Positions 1 to 12,920 of a stretch of DNA of 64,000 bases are shown here, one piece after another. The notes below the pieces were generated by a model, which saw only the letters and a program-made list of their open reading frames with translations, ran no database searches and was not told the origin of the DNA. Position numbers and translations under genes: made by a program. Source of the stretch: Tubulanus polymorphus (lineage: Eukaryota; Animalia; Nemertea); assembly GCF_964204645.1 (NCBI RefSeq), contig NC_134026.1, positions 15,844,150 to 15,908,149 on the forward strand, given 5' to 3'. How positions within the stretch are numbered: position 1 is the first letter of the stretch; each line of letters opens with the position of its first letter.

Positions 1-1133
1 ATGCGTGTGCTGTGAGATCTACTGTGGCCGATAGAAAACAACGATCTCCCAGCAGTTAAAAGGCAAACTATTTCTGGGTTACCCAAATATCCGTCATTTT
101 AAGAAGATCGCACAAACTGCTAGTCGAAACGCTGAAACTGCGGGCAAAACGGCTAAAATAATAATGCTGAAAGAATTAATTTGTGATATTGCGGAAATAT
201 GATGGGAACAGGAAATACTTTGTTATTCTAAATAGGGTATCAGAAATTCAATCATCATGTCAAATTACTTCCAAATACTTGATTCTTGGCTCAAATAATA
301 TCCTACATAATTGAGTTAGAGCTGTTTTGCACTGTTAATACATAAATTCGTGTTTGATTCAATGTACTGTTTACTAATAATTTTCATATTTATCCTTTAT
401 ATTTCATATTTTATTGTTCACAATGTTTAAAGTCATTAAGGAGCAATAAAGGTATTTTTGACATGAGTTTGAATTGTTTTAGAACATCCTCGCTTGCCCG
501 GGCTTTATTGCCTCCTGCTGAAGCTCATGCCTATACAAAGCCTAGCCGCAGACCCTTCATTAGTCTATTATTACACTTCCCATGATTTCTTTAGTGGACA
601 GTTTGCCGCTGAGCAGCAACCAGTCTATGTATTAAGCCAATCATATCAGATGCGTTGTTTTTCGCTGGCAGGTTCGCTCTATCAATACTAAACATCCGAT
701 TCACTTAATATAGGCTATAGTGTCAACCTGTCCACCCAGGAAATCTTAGACCGGAGTATTACAGCAATAACGTCTGCGGCAGGGTTTGTGTTGATGTGAG
801 CTTCGGCAGCAGGCAATTAAACCCCTGCATGCGAGCATGCATATAGCAGGGTATAGTGCTCTAGTTAGTGAACAAATTTTACAATGACAGCGTTATTTGG
901 CTATCGTATTTGAATCTACGTATATCTTATTAGTCTAATCTGAGTGAGAACAAAATTCCGGGTGGGGTAGGCGTTCAAAAACAGTTAAGGTGCTGTTGGG
1001 AAGCGACAGATTCAGAACGGCATCTCCATGAAATAACCAATCCAAACTAATAGCTATGCTATTAACTATGCAGGAGGGAAGAAGGCCAATCGTATCGTAT
1101 CATTCTTGCAAACCAGTGTTTGTCGAGGTGCGA

Positions 1134-1490
1134 TTAGAAACAGTTTGTACTTCTTGCCGATACTATTTCTTCTGTAAAATTGTTCCATTGGTTGACCACT
1201 CTTTGGCTAAAGAAGTGTTTCCTCAAATTCTTTCTTGATCTGGCCTTTGAAAGTTTCATTGAGTGGCCTCTGGTTCTTCCGCCGTTATTCCGTGGGAGTA
1301 GATTTTCTGTTTCGAATCTATATTGCCCATTTAAGTGATTATACACAGTGATCATATCGCCACGTACTCTGCGATAACTGAGAGATGGTATTTTCAGGAC
1401 CTTCAACCTTTCTGTCTATGGTAGTTCCCTAATTGCAGGAACAATTTTCGTCGCTCTTCTCTGAACTTTTTCAATGAGTGACAAGTCAGT
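1134..1490 (-). mobile_element. CR1-type LINE ORF2 C-terminal fragment
   Basis: Translation SLSYRRVRGDMITVY..TRGHSMKL..RKHFFSQRVVNQWN, preceded by IEKVQRRATK, is the typical CR1 RT C-terminus. Confidence 0.85.
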
Positions 1491-2273
1491 CTGTGAGTCA
1501 CGAAATGGAAACTTCATTTCAATTCAATGAATTTGACGTCTAATAACTATCATAAAAACAAAATCACGAAGGGTACCATCCCTGCTACTGCTGCAATCAG
1601 TCTTTATCGGTGCAGTGGGTAGGTATTTACAACTGACTTAGGCCTGTTAATATAGGCGACGACAAGGTAACACGACGCTGACATTTTCTGACGCTAATCA
1701 GTAAGCTGAAGACCGCAAATGCGGAACATAAGCGGAACATCCACGGCCTAATGGACCGGACCAATTCAATTCAACATAAAAATGCGTCCAATAAATAGAT
1801 AAAACCTATTGAATATTTGTAATATTAATATCTGCGAACAAAACAACGAACTGAAGCTATTTGAAATGCATGTATCTAGCGTTTTTCACAGCCACGTGCA
1901 TGCCTACTGTTGATTGGCTGTTTTTGGGATATCCGGGGAATTCCAGCGCAACTAAAATAACTATGGGAAAGCCATTAATGGGGAACGTTTCATTGGACTG
2001 GTGCCGTGTGCGAATTTTAAATGCTCATTGCTGGTGAGAATGTAATTATTTCACATATCGCCATAGGTATTGTTTCATTTTAATACCCGGTGATTGAGAT
2101 TGAAGTGAAGCGAACGTTCACTACATAAGGCCTCCACTTGCGCAAGAGTGCTAAATATTAGATTGTTGCACACACAAACACACGCTTGCTCATACAGACT
2201 ACTATATGGTGATGCTCAGCGCATGCACGTTTGGTATGATAACAGGCTGAAAAATCGTCGTAGTAGAAGATGA

Positions 2274-2708
2274 GCGCTGTGTTTTCTGTTTGATAGAATT
2301 TGTAATAAATTGTAATTTCTTGTGACCTGAAAAAACTAAGCAGCAAACTATAGGTATAGGTCGAGGTCTGAATAATGTAGTGGTAAATTCCAGGATTTAA
2401 AACGATCTAATACTACGCCCCTGTGTTTTAGCTTCCGCGGCCATACATTGGAAGAGGTTTCGTTCCCAAGACTCAATATTCAGCCACCCTCTGATATGAA
2501 ACATCATATGAATTTTATTCGAATATTTTTCATATTGTGAAAAATATTGTTTTGAAAATATGAAATAGTTTCCAATGCCCCGCCTACCTGTACCCTATGA
2601 AATTTTGGACGTAGACCATAAACAAATGTTTATCTTTGGTCTTATTTGACTACAAAATAATACTGTAAGAAAGATAAAATACAATATAAACTTCTAGAAC
2701 TTTGAAGT
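2274..2708 (+). repeat. dispersed direct repeat, second copy at 10468-10749
   Basis: gcgctgtgttttctgtttgatagaatttg...cttctagaactttgaagt occurs at both sites; the second copy lacks about 135 bp. Confidence 0.85.
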
Positions 2709-4037
2709 CACGAATTAATAAGATTTTTCAAGCAATGCCCTTACTCCAAACAACCTCTAGCTTTCAAGGTAAACCACACTTTGCCCATGGGCAATTTATT
2801 TATGATATTCGGTACAAATTACTTTTTGACGCAGCGCCAACTGCACCCTCGTGTGCGGGCAACTCAGCGCTATTTGAGTTTCATTTGTTGTCAATGCGCA
2901 TGCGTCATTTCTCAAAAACTGATGATAGCGGCTAGTATATTGATTTCTGATTAGAAAAACACTGATTTATGACATGAATATCACTCTTTATGATATGGGA
3001 TTATCAAAATTATAAAAATCACAATTTTCCCCTTGCAAGACTTATAATCCTGATGTACATGTAATAAGAACAGAAAAATCTCTTTATATTCAAATAGATT
3101 TGACAAGGGCAATAAAAAGTCGCGAGTAAATGGTGCAGATATGCAGTAAATATTGTTGTATAATGCATACGTGCTTGCCACAGCTCCTTTTGCTGAGCGC
3201 AGTTTTCGGCTTGTGTGCTGGGCCCTATATTCTAAATGCGTGCGGGGCCTTTAGTGCCTATGTTGCAGTTAAGCTGCGATTTCAGTAATTTACAGAAATT
3301 TTCATCAAAAGTCCCGCTTTTTTCATAATCCCTGGTTCTCATCCCTGATAAACTGCGAGTTCATGCACTTGCTAATGCGCAGCAAATCTGATGTTTCACA
3401 TGTGTTTGAATAAAAGAAGTTTATTTTGTGAATGATTGCATTTATTTATGAGTTATCAATTAAAATATAGCGGTGATAGAAGACACGCAAAAGTATTACA
3501 GTATTGTCTATTCATTTCGTGGTGTGATAAAACTTCGTCAACCAAAATTTCTTTTGACCTGAAAATATATACTAAGTAGAAAACTGTACTCGGCACCGAT
3601 ATTTTGTCTAGAAATAACCGTTGCTGCACGTGGCTTTACTATACAATGCGCGTCAACGCGGTAGAAAAAATGGCCAGAGAAATAACTTTAACCCATTTTG
3701 CTTTCCCCACAGACATCACAACCGATTCGGCGGACTTGTCTGCGGTGAAATTCGAGCCCTGACTAGGGATCTCGGGTCACGCGATCAAAATGTGTCATAA
3801 TTAGCATTTTCTTCGCCGTAAATTTTTATTCACTTTTATCACATTTTATATCCAATTGAAACCAAACTTGTTTGTATGCTATGTTCAATTGACCGGTTAT
3901 TTGTTGTGTAAATTTCATGAATTGTGTTAAGCCTTCGTAGTCACGGAGAAATAAATCTTTGTTTTGCGCGTGTCAGCTGATTTCGGTTCAACTCTAGAAT
4001 TATAGGTCAATATAATTCCATTGGGTGGATTTCTTTG

Positions 4038-4966
4038 CAGACCTGCTTATCCCCATGGAATTTCCATTTTTGCTACGGATTTTAAACGCTAAATGCGGAA
4101 GTACGGATGCTCCGTAAAAACTACGTTTTTTAATCTGTTCTTTTCAAAATACGGATTTGTTTTATCTTCCTGTATGAAAATACGGCTAAAGTATATCATC
4201 ACATCTGTGAATATGGTTGTGAACTTGCTTATACATCGGGTCAGAGTATTGATTATATGGCAGGGTGTGCTATTCTTTCACTGCAGTAGTAAACAAGTAT
4301 GAATAAATGTTGAGATAAATATTTCTTCAGCTGGTAAAACCTGGGGTAAAGACTCATTGATTTAACAGTGGTTTCTACTGTATTTCGTGTTGCCAGCCTT
4401 TTTTATTTTGAAAGTAGGTTTAATGTAGGAAGGCGAAATAAAAATGAAATTGTTTTTTTGTATTTTCTTTTTAAACAATTATTTTCCTGACTTTATAATA
4501 GATATTTTCATCCTTGGGGAAAGCCCACTACTCAGCCTTTCATCACAGTGGCAGCACCTGCCTGATACCTTTTCAATAATACTAAGTAGATTCACTCCCG
4601 GGAAAAGATCGGTATTGCTGAATCAAATGCCAATAAATAATTTGGGACATACTCTAGGCTATGTATGTTAATTTGCGAACGCTTGAGGTTTTTTGTCCTT
4701 CCGATTCTCAGATTTTGGTTCTCATTGACCAGAGGAACAATGAAAAATTAAGAATAAAGAATATTCAATTCTATTTTTTTTATTAATTCTGTTTTCTGAT
4801 ACTTCTGATAATCTAAAAGGAAACTACTGGTTTTATGATATAAAACTATTGATGCTTTATTGGAAACTATTGACAGATAAATATTCATTAAAACTACTGT
4901 TTTTTTTTTTTAATGAAATAAAAATGCAATACTACTGATGTTGAAATTTTGGGGTAAGCAGGTCTG
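4038..4966. mobile_element. non-autonomous DNA transposon (hAT-like ends, 6-bp TSD)
   Basis: Ends CAGACCTGCTTATCCCC and GGGGTAAGCAGGTCTG form a TIR; TCTTTG flanks both sides. Confidence 0.65.
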
Positions 4967-5033
4967 TCTTTGATGAAGTCAGTCATTTGACAGGCCTATG
5001 AAATTGTCGGAATTGTCGACAAGTGAAATTGGT

Positions 5034-5275
5034 CCGAATTTACTCATCGACAATGCCTACTATCCTGATTGTTGACCGATTTTACTTATCGACGATGTCT
5101 ACAATCCTGATGGGCGACCGGTTCTACTCGTCGAAAATGTCTACAATCCTGATTGTTGACCATTTCCACTCGTCGACAATGTCCACAATCCTGATCGTAA
5201 ACCGATTTTACTCATCGACAATGTCTACAATCCTGATTGTCGACCGATTCACCTCATCGGCATTGTCTACAATCC
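5034..5275. repeat. 42-bp tandem repeat, about 6 units
   Basis: Unit approximately ctcatcgacaatgtctacaatcctgattgttgaccgatttta; explains the 14-aa periodicity of ORF 5023-5352. Confidence 0.9.
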
Positions 5276-5729
5276 AATTTACGCCCCAGGATCCCAGACA
5301 ACTCTACAGGGAGGAATATTTGAAACAGTTTACGCCCCACTATCCCAGTTGATTTTCAAAATCAGGATTTTAGGATTGTAGACATGGGGCTCTTGTTATG
5401 TACAGAGATCGTCGTTAGTTTGCTTGAGGCACTTTTCTGCTGTATATTGGTAGGCTTACGTGCATTAAAATGTTTCATGTTCTTCTCATATCTATTCATA
5501 TTATTCCAATTTATCATTGAAGCTTAGCAAGCCCTTATTTATTTCGATTTCCAAAATGTTTCGGTAACTTTGATAAGTTTAACTTATGATGATTAAGTTT
5601 TTCATCATGATAGCAGACAAAAAAATTGAGGCCGCCAGTTCTTCTAGTCAGTGCGCGCTGAGCGCAGCAGTGTGAACTTTGATATGATATAAATTCATGT
5701 TAACATAATATTTACTTTTTTTGTTTTAG

Positions 5730-5784
5730 TTTTGTCGGTATGCTGCACTTTTTACTGGTATTGGCTATGGATCATACAGATTAA
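5730..5784 (+). CDS. ATP5ME: ATP synthase subunit e, internal exon (FCRYAALFTGIGYGSYRL)
   Basis: ttttag| acceptor and |gtaagt donor; matches the RxxALxxGxxYG transmembrane motif of subunit e; ends in phase 1. Confidence 0.85.
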
Positions 5785-6384
5785 GTAAGTTTTTATCTCC
5801 TTCACTGCTTTTAGTTTCATACTTTGAACATGAATATCACAACTTCAAAAATACCAATTAGTGTGACATGTTTGTTTTGACATAGGCCTACTCAGAATTC
5901 GTGAAAAAGCAAGACAATTCTACGCTATATTTGAATTTATAGTTTTTTTATCTTAAAATAGGGATTGTCCCTGTTATTTATTTGGTTGGTAGATTTCGTT
6001 TGATTTTTTGCTTTTTTTAAGTGTCCCTTACAGACCCACCACACCTGCCGGGAGGGAAACGGGGTTTGATTTTGAAATCGGAAATCGAAGTACAGATACA
6101 GTTGTGCGATCGGCGGTCGAGTTTACAGATTTTTCTTTTTGTTTAAATCAAAGTACATAATTGGGAAATTCGGAATTTATAGCTTTTAGATTAAACAGAC
6201 TTACCTGTAAGTGAAGTTTGATAAGACCTATAATTCTGTAGAATTGTAAACCACGATAAAGTGGGATTACATATCAGTAAATACGCACAGAAGCTCGGCA
6301 GTCAGTATTTAACACTTCAGAGTTGTCAAGTTGGTTCACAGGGTTTGGAATTCAAAGAATATGTGAGCTTAAAGGACATTAGTT

Positions 6385-6650
6385 ATCTTGGCATTGGTAC
6401 CTAGGCATATTTTGCTACCATGATCAATTGGAAAGTTGTAGTTCATGACATGTTCTATGATTGTGGTGAGTTTCAAGGTCATTAGGCCTATATTTTGTGT
6501 ATGGTCACCAGGGGCATTGAATAGTAGAATAACTTAGTATTTCCAAATTAAATTGGTAACGAGGCATATTTTGTTATCACAATCGATTACACAATTGTAG
6601 CTGCTGACATGTTCCATGATTGTGGTGAGTTTCAAGGTCATTGGTTATTC
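6385..6650 (-). repeat. fragment of the 154-bp tandem-repeat Helentron-type family
   Basis: Reverse complement of the units at 18845-19590 and 60615-61200. Confidence 0.85.
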
Positions 6651-7975
6651 AATGAGATTTTCTCTGTGTTGTACAGGACTTATACAAACTTTTCAGCTGA
6701 AAAAGTGCAAGGCATAGTTTTATTTCAATTAGTTTTGGCTCTTTCGTACTCAGGGATGTTATCTATCATCAGGCTGCAAAAAGAACCTCAGGCAGCAAAT
6801 AGATTCTGTTACCTTTTATACCAGAAGAAAATATTCTCATTCAAAAATAGAATACAGGACAGTGATGAACCAAGCTCACAAAGGGTACTTATTTACTGGA
6901 GATTTTCATTTTAAAGATTGGAAAATTGATGTTTGGATGAGGTGAGGATGATATATAGCTTACATGACACTTAATAAACTGAAACAAGTGAATTTTTTGA
7001 CGATAGAAATTTTGTCCTGTACAACACTGTCCTGTACATTACGATGGCTATCATTATTTGATTAGGTCCAGTTTCAATTCGTATCACAGAATTGCTCCAA
7101 TACTCTGGGATGTGATAGTTTACATCCATAGGTATCTGCACAAGGCTAATTGCCTTCATATCTATCCAGACAGATTTTTACTTCACACCAGTATGGCGAG
7201 CCACTGGACCATTGGTCCTTTATTTGCTTACATGCCCGATACACAAGTCACTGTGGGGTCAGAAGTCAATGTTGATAGCTTAATTGCCTACGTAGGTTCT
7301 CCATTTTCTCATTGGGAAATATCGTTAATTTGTTGGGTGACGATAGTAATAAGTTATCATAAAGGTGATATGACAACTACACTACTTCATTGACATCTAT
7401 CCTGCCCTGGGGCCCTTGTGTCGTGAATAAGATTTTCAGTTATAGTGTATTATATTGTTATATTAAATTGTAGAACTTCACACAATTGTCGAACTGCGTG
7501 AACTATTAGACTGTACTGAGCCTTAAACTGTAACTGTAACTATTCAACTGTATCTGTGCATTCCTCTATAAATACGGAAAAGAATTCTATAGTATGTGTC
7601 ACATTAACAGAAAACCACGTAGTCGTTTGGTCGTTCGTTCTCTATCTCTCTCTGCTTACCGGTCGGACCTACCCCTCTCGAGGACACCTTGTTCATTTTC
7701 CCAATTATTCTGCGGTTGCTCTAAAATTGGAAGAAATGTGTATCTATCTACCGACCCATGGGAAATATATGAATGATCATTTATTAGAATGACTGAGCAC
7801 ATAATTTTGACATAATTCATTTGAATGGATATGAAAATTCCCCGCACACCAAGGCATTTGTAGTACATCTCTTTTCGAATACATATTGGTATCCGCATAA
7901 TCTGTATTGTGGACTGGAATCACTACTGCTAACTTTCTTGTTCGATTTTGTAGGGATTAGCTTTCTTTATTGCAG

Positions 7976-8077
7976 GTTATCTTTCTAAGAAGGAAATCGT
8001 CATCCAAGAATATGAAAACAAAATCAGATCGGCGAGGGCATTGAAACTTGCTAAGGAAAATGAAGAAAATGTTAGAA
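7976..8077 (+). CDS. ATP5ME: ATP synthase subunit e, internal exon (SYLSKKEIVIQEYENKIRSARALKLAKENEENVR)
   Basis: ttgcag| acceptor and |gtatgt donor; phase 1 to phase 1, joins both neighbouring exons in frame; coiled-coil region of subunit e. Confidence 0.85.
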
Positions 8078-8194
8078 GTATGTGTTCCTTATGCTTAGCC
8101 TATCACTTTGGTAATTTGCCATTTAGGCCCTTCTGAAAGTGGCTTAATGCTCAACAGTTTTGTTTGTATTGGTTGAAATATCACGATGATTATT

Positions 8195-8455
8195 CAAGCT
8201 CAAAATCGAACAAATATACGAAAAAGTCACCTCGCACTATCGCGCTGGCGGCCATTAATCACGTGACGTGCATTTTCATAATACGGATATTTTATTAATT
8301 AACAGAACTTTTAATAAATTTTGTAATGTATTTCGAAAAGCCAATCAATGCGCGTGAAATATTTAGCCCGTTACTACGATATCACGTGATTAATGGCCGC
8401 CCAGTTGATGACAAGTTGAACGCCGTGTTCGTCCTCATTTTCGATTTTGAGCTTG
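8195..8455. mobile_element. small fold-back element / MITE
   Basis: caagctcaaaatcgaa...ttcgattttgagcttg ends, plus an inner inverted pair ggcggccattaatcacgtga. Confidence 0.55.
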
Positions 8456-9014
8456 TGAGCTCACCCATCGCGTGGATTATACAAATAAATGAGATAAGCG
8501 TACAGGTATGACCGCGTAGTTTAAAAAAATGTATGGTTTGTTGGGGTTTTCTCTAAGATCTCACATAGAAATCATCGTTTGAAGTGAAAAAAAAGGCCAT
8601 TTTGCTGTCCACCATAGAATCGGTAGACCTCCATTTTGAGCTATCTCTCGTCAAAAAAAGGTGATTTCGTTGAGATATTTGTCGGAGAGTGGTGGTTGAA
8701 GGCTCGTTCGAAGCAGAAAGTCTTCGAGGTTGTATTAAAGCTTATTTCATGTGAATCGGTTGAGAATTTTTGGAATTACAGTCGAAGTGGAGAAGTCATT
8801 GTCAGATTGAAAATTTGTTGCCACCCTTGTTATTTTATTATACAGTTGCAGGGATACTGGTACCCCCATCATTGGTCTCATCCATTATCAATCGTGACAA
8901 GTCCCTGTGATTTTTGTAATGGGGTAGGCCCAAATAAAAAATAAGCCTTCTCAACTGATATGACTGGTACTGCGAGCATCTTAAATTTCTAGTGTGCGCT
9001 ACATTGCACGCGTT

Positions 9015-9066
9015 ACCTACCTACCTACCTACCTACCTACCTACCTACGGGTACCTACCACCTACA
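9015..9066. repeat. (ACCT)n microsatellite
   Basis: Directly visible tandem tetramer. Confidence 0.95.
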
Positions 9067-9414
9067 TAAAACTATTGGTTCAAATTACCCACATCGCCCA
9101 CATACCTATACAGTGAGAGTCCCTTTCCTTTATAACAATATTTTTTTTAACCAATTTAAAACATGGCGTTAAAACGGATTTGGCAGAGTTACAGAGGATG
9201 GTATTTTCATAGAAATTGAGTTAGATTTGGCAAATTTGTTCTCTGAAAAATGTTAGTGTTTAATGAGTCTCCAGTCTGTGAGTCTCCTCGTTTCTCTCTA
9301 TTGGACAAACAGTGGAACCTCATTCTAACGACCTCGGAACTAACAAACCATCGGTTGTTACGTACAAAAGAAAAAATCCTTGGCCAAATCCTCATTTACA
9401 GTTAAATTTCATTG

Positions 9415-9662
9415 GAAACAAGTATGTATCTGCCCTAGACACGTCTTCAGCCCAAAAACTGGCCCTGTCAGAATCAAGATGGCTGACTGGCAGCCATTGT
9501 CGATCGCCAAAATCAGCCCTTTTTACACATTTTTTAAACTTTTTGAGGGAAATTTTGAAGACGCTTTGATTAATTGCCTTGATCTTTTGTATATATTCGA
9601 ATTCCCCAAGGGCCCATCGGCATAAGAAAATTTGGGTTGATCGGACACAAGATGGCCATCCT
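9415..9662 (-). repeat. arm of the 154-bp-repeat Helentron-type family
   Basis: Reverse complement of 61430-61670 (gcccaaaaactggccctgtcagaatcaagatggc...). Confidence 0.8.
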
Positions 9663-9712
9663 AAGGCACCGCGACCTAGTCAATGTCATTGAACATTACA
9701 AATTTGGTATAA

Positions 9713-10184
9713 GGCCATCCAAAAAATAAAGGTCTGTTTGCCGTCACCCGACCGACCCGACTTCAAAGGTACCGAGTGGAAACTTTTTTCTTGGATTCAT
9801 TGAAATAAATTTTATTTTTGATACAAATGGCCGACCCACTGCCGATGTATGAGCAACGTATGTTTGAAGTTAAGTGTGCATCGTGTGAAAACATGCCTCG
9901 ACTATAGTTGAAGTTTTCCAGGAAACTGGCAGTGTTCCAATAAGCTGCCATTCATTCTTAGTGACGATATTAAAGCCGGTTATGTTATAGCGTGCATATA
10001 TTCAATCTACTGTTTCATTTTGAACGCAGATTTGGGATATTGTTTCCACTAAAAGAGGTGATGATAAATTTGTCGTTTTTTTTGCCCCAAAATTTTGCAA
10101 AAAAATGATTCTACCTTCCTACTGACTTATCCCAAAAATTTTAGTAGGTGTAACGGCAAAACAGACAATTAATTTGGGATGGCC
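9713..10184. mobile_element. PIF/Harbinger-type MITE
   Basis: TIR GGCCATCC...GGATGGCC with subterminal gtctgtttgccgt; TAA TSD on both sides. Confidence 0.8.
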
Positions 10185-11211
10185 TAATATCCAAATCTTG
10201 ATTGATATGAATATTTAAGCTAGGAAATGCTGAAAATCATTGTGATAAACGGGTTTCATCTCTAACAGAATCGTATCAACTCGGAGGTTCCACTGGAATC
10301 AAAATTTTACCTCTTTTAACATTTTTATACGAACCTGTTAAAAATAGGCAAATTGGCTGCGACTATCGAAAATTGCTTCCAACGTGCCTTAAAAAATAGC
10401 TTGAAAATGGTATAAATCTAGCTTGAAATGGCTTGAATTTCACCTGAGCTTGAGACAATGAACCCTGGCGCTGTGTTTTCTGTTTGATAGAATTTGTCAT
10501 AAATTGTAATTTCTGTTTCCCTGAAAACACTAAGCAGCAAGCTATAGGTATAGGTCGAGGTCTGAATGATTTTTCATGTTGTGGAAAATATTTTTTGAAA
10601 ATATAAAATAGTTTCCCAGCTGCGCCTACCTGTACCCTACGAAATTTTGGACTTCGACCATAAACAAATGTTGATCTTTGGTCTTAGTTGACTATAAAAT
10701 AATTCTGTAAGAAAGATAAAATACAATATAAACTTCTAGAACTTTGAAGTGAACTTGTATACCAGAAATCATTGTAGGCCCGTACATTTTGCTGTACGTA
10801 GGTTTCGTATACCGATTTCTCCAATCTTGACTGATAAGTGTACGGTACAGCTGTACGCATTATACAATTGTACCAATGGGAATAGGGCCTATTGATTGGG
10901 CTTATTATTTCCAGCTTTAGAATACTAAAATAAGCCTAACGTTCATTGAAATATCCAATATCGGTGAAAGTTTGTACTTACTTTGTACGTACTGTAGGTT
11001 TTCATGTTGTATGAATATTTTGCGGTTCAAATGGGTATTCTCACGATTGATAAAACACTATATCCGTGTCGACGCGATGAAGAGAGAATCCCACAATGAT
11101 AACGAAAAAGTCAGAAAATGTTACTTTGAGCTTAGTAGTTTATTCAACGTTTCAACTATATCCTAAGTAGTCATCTTCAGGAATAATGAATACTACAGAA
11201 ATTATGAGATA

Positions 11212-12383
11212 CTAGCTGAATACCCGTCCAATGGACGGCGCATAAATGCAGAATCCTGTTATTTTTTGCTAACGAAAATCATTCATTAATTGGCCGGGAA
11301 ATAAATCTAAATGCTTCACATGTTCAGAGTTCTCGGAACCAACCCCACACCTCCGCTACCCCGTCTGACCTGTCAGTGGTACAAACCCTTTCATTCAAAT
11401 AACTAACAGTATATTCTGCCCCAGCCGTTTTTAGGCCCCTCCTCGTTCGATCTTTGTACTTTCTATATTTACCACACCACCCGTACGTTTATTTGAAAAG
11501 CCCCTCCATTCAACCAATGAATTGCATGATTATGCTTAAATTGAGGGACTATTACTTGAAAATTGCCGAGATAATCGCTCGACGATGATATTAGGATTCT
11601 GTATTTTGTATTACTTTTTGACAATTTTTTTTATATCTCTCATATATACATACATTTTCTTAAGAGAGCTCCTGCCAGAATAGTACGTACATTTTGCTTT
11701 GACCCACTCCCCGTACAGTTTTACATTATTTGTTTACCCTTCCCCAAAAACCGTATGTATTATTTGAAAGCTCTCTTATAAAATTTACCACGAACGCATG
11801 CATCGGCAGCCCCAAGAGCCATTCCGAGAGGCTGCGTTTGGGCCTCCCTATCTGCCAGTAACCTATCTATGGTATGGAACCATTCTGAAAAACTGCGCAA
11901 TGGGCCTGTCCCCCTCCAAGAACCATTCTGAGACGCTGCGTATGGGCCGGCAACACGGTCAGAACATATCGCTAAGTCCAATCATATTAATTTTGATTTG
12001 AAGATAATGTGTGATGAATGTCTTAACCAATGCTTTAAACAACTGAGGCACAAATCAGTGTTGAGAGAACTGTGTCATGTACTGTTCTGATGCTGCGGTG
12101 TGTATCTTAAGTCGGTCAGGTCAGTAAATTACTATAGTACTACTGCAGAAGCATAGTACGGTACTTTACTGTTAGATGGCGAACACATCTTTTTTAACCG
12201 AATTTTAGCCCGGGCTTAGAACGAATATTGTGACTCCCTTGGACCACCAATCTGTTTGAAACATGTAACTTGATGACGGGAAAAAATGGTATTAAGCATC
12301 AGTAAAAGGACGTTTCAATACATGCATTAATTTCGCCGCAATGCGTCGCGGTAAATACCGTCCGTTCTGCTTTATAGTATAGA
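11212..12383 (-). mobile_element. non-autonomous Helitron
   Basis: Minus strand begins TCTATACTATAAAG and ends with hairpin CCGTCCA-T-TGGACGG then CTAG; inserted between A and T without TSD; absent from the 57-kb Penelope copy. Confidence 0.88.
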
Positions 12384-12569
12384 TATATACAATCCAGAGA
12401 CAAAGAGACTAATTCAAGTAATCAGAGATGATACAAACTAAAGGAAAGTTAACGTAGAAACAGTTACACGCTAAAGAAGATTAAAGAGAAGCAAACCTTG
12501 GAGTAATGTATGAAACAAAAGTGAATATAGAATATAAATTGTAAATTAAAATAAGTAGTTAAGAGGCAA

Positions 12570-12920
12570 TCCTCATCACTGTCTTTCTCGAAAAAGATTC
12601 ATTGTTGGTCACTATGTGCTATTACTGATTATGATGATTATGTTTGTTATTACCATTGATATGACAATTATTATTGTCATCACTCTTATTCTGATTATTC
12701 TTATTCTTCTCATTATCAATATTATTATTATTATTATTATTATTATTTTTATTATCATTACTTCATTAATAGTTATAGTTACAAGGCATCTCCCCTTATG
12801 GTACAGCTGCCCCCCCCCCCCCCCCGGTTTGGAGATGTCCCTTTCTCGAATTGTATTTATGTGATTATACTAATTATTTGTAATTGGAGAGAATAAAGCA
12901 TTCATTCATTTATTCATTCA
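12570..12920 (+). mobile_element. LINE 3'-end fragment with (ATT)n tract and (ATTC)n tail
   Basis: AATAAA followed by cattcattcatt tail; interrupts Penelope sequence that is contiguous at about 57460. Confidence 0.6.

Noticed and set aside
5023-5352. 109-aa repetitive ORF
   Set aside because: By-product of the 42-bp tandem repeat; non-ATG start and probably intronic.
6700-7700. Possible LTR-element 3' region and LTR start (TGTCGTG at about 7419, TATA at about 7566)
   Set aside because: No second LTR, PPT or recognisable pol motif; too weak to call.
7954-7975. Alternative upstream acceptor giving GLAFFIAGY (THAP9-like motif)
   Set aside because: It is phase 0 and incompatible with the phase-1 ATP5ME exon; the 7976 acceptor gives a coherent subunit e.
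12616-12864. Ile-rich ORF resembling a membrane protein
   Set aside because: Translation of an (ATT)n low-complexity tract in a LINE 3' fragment.
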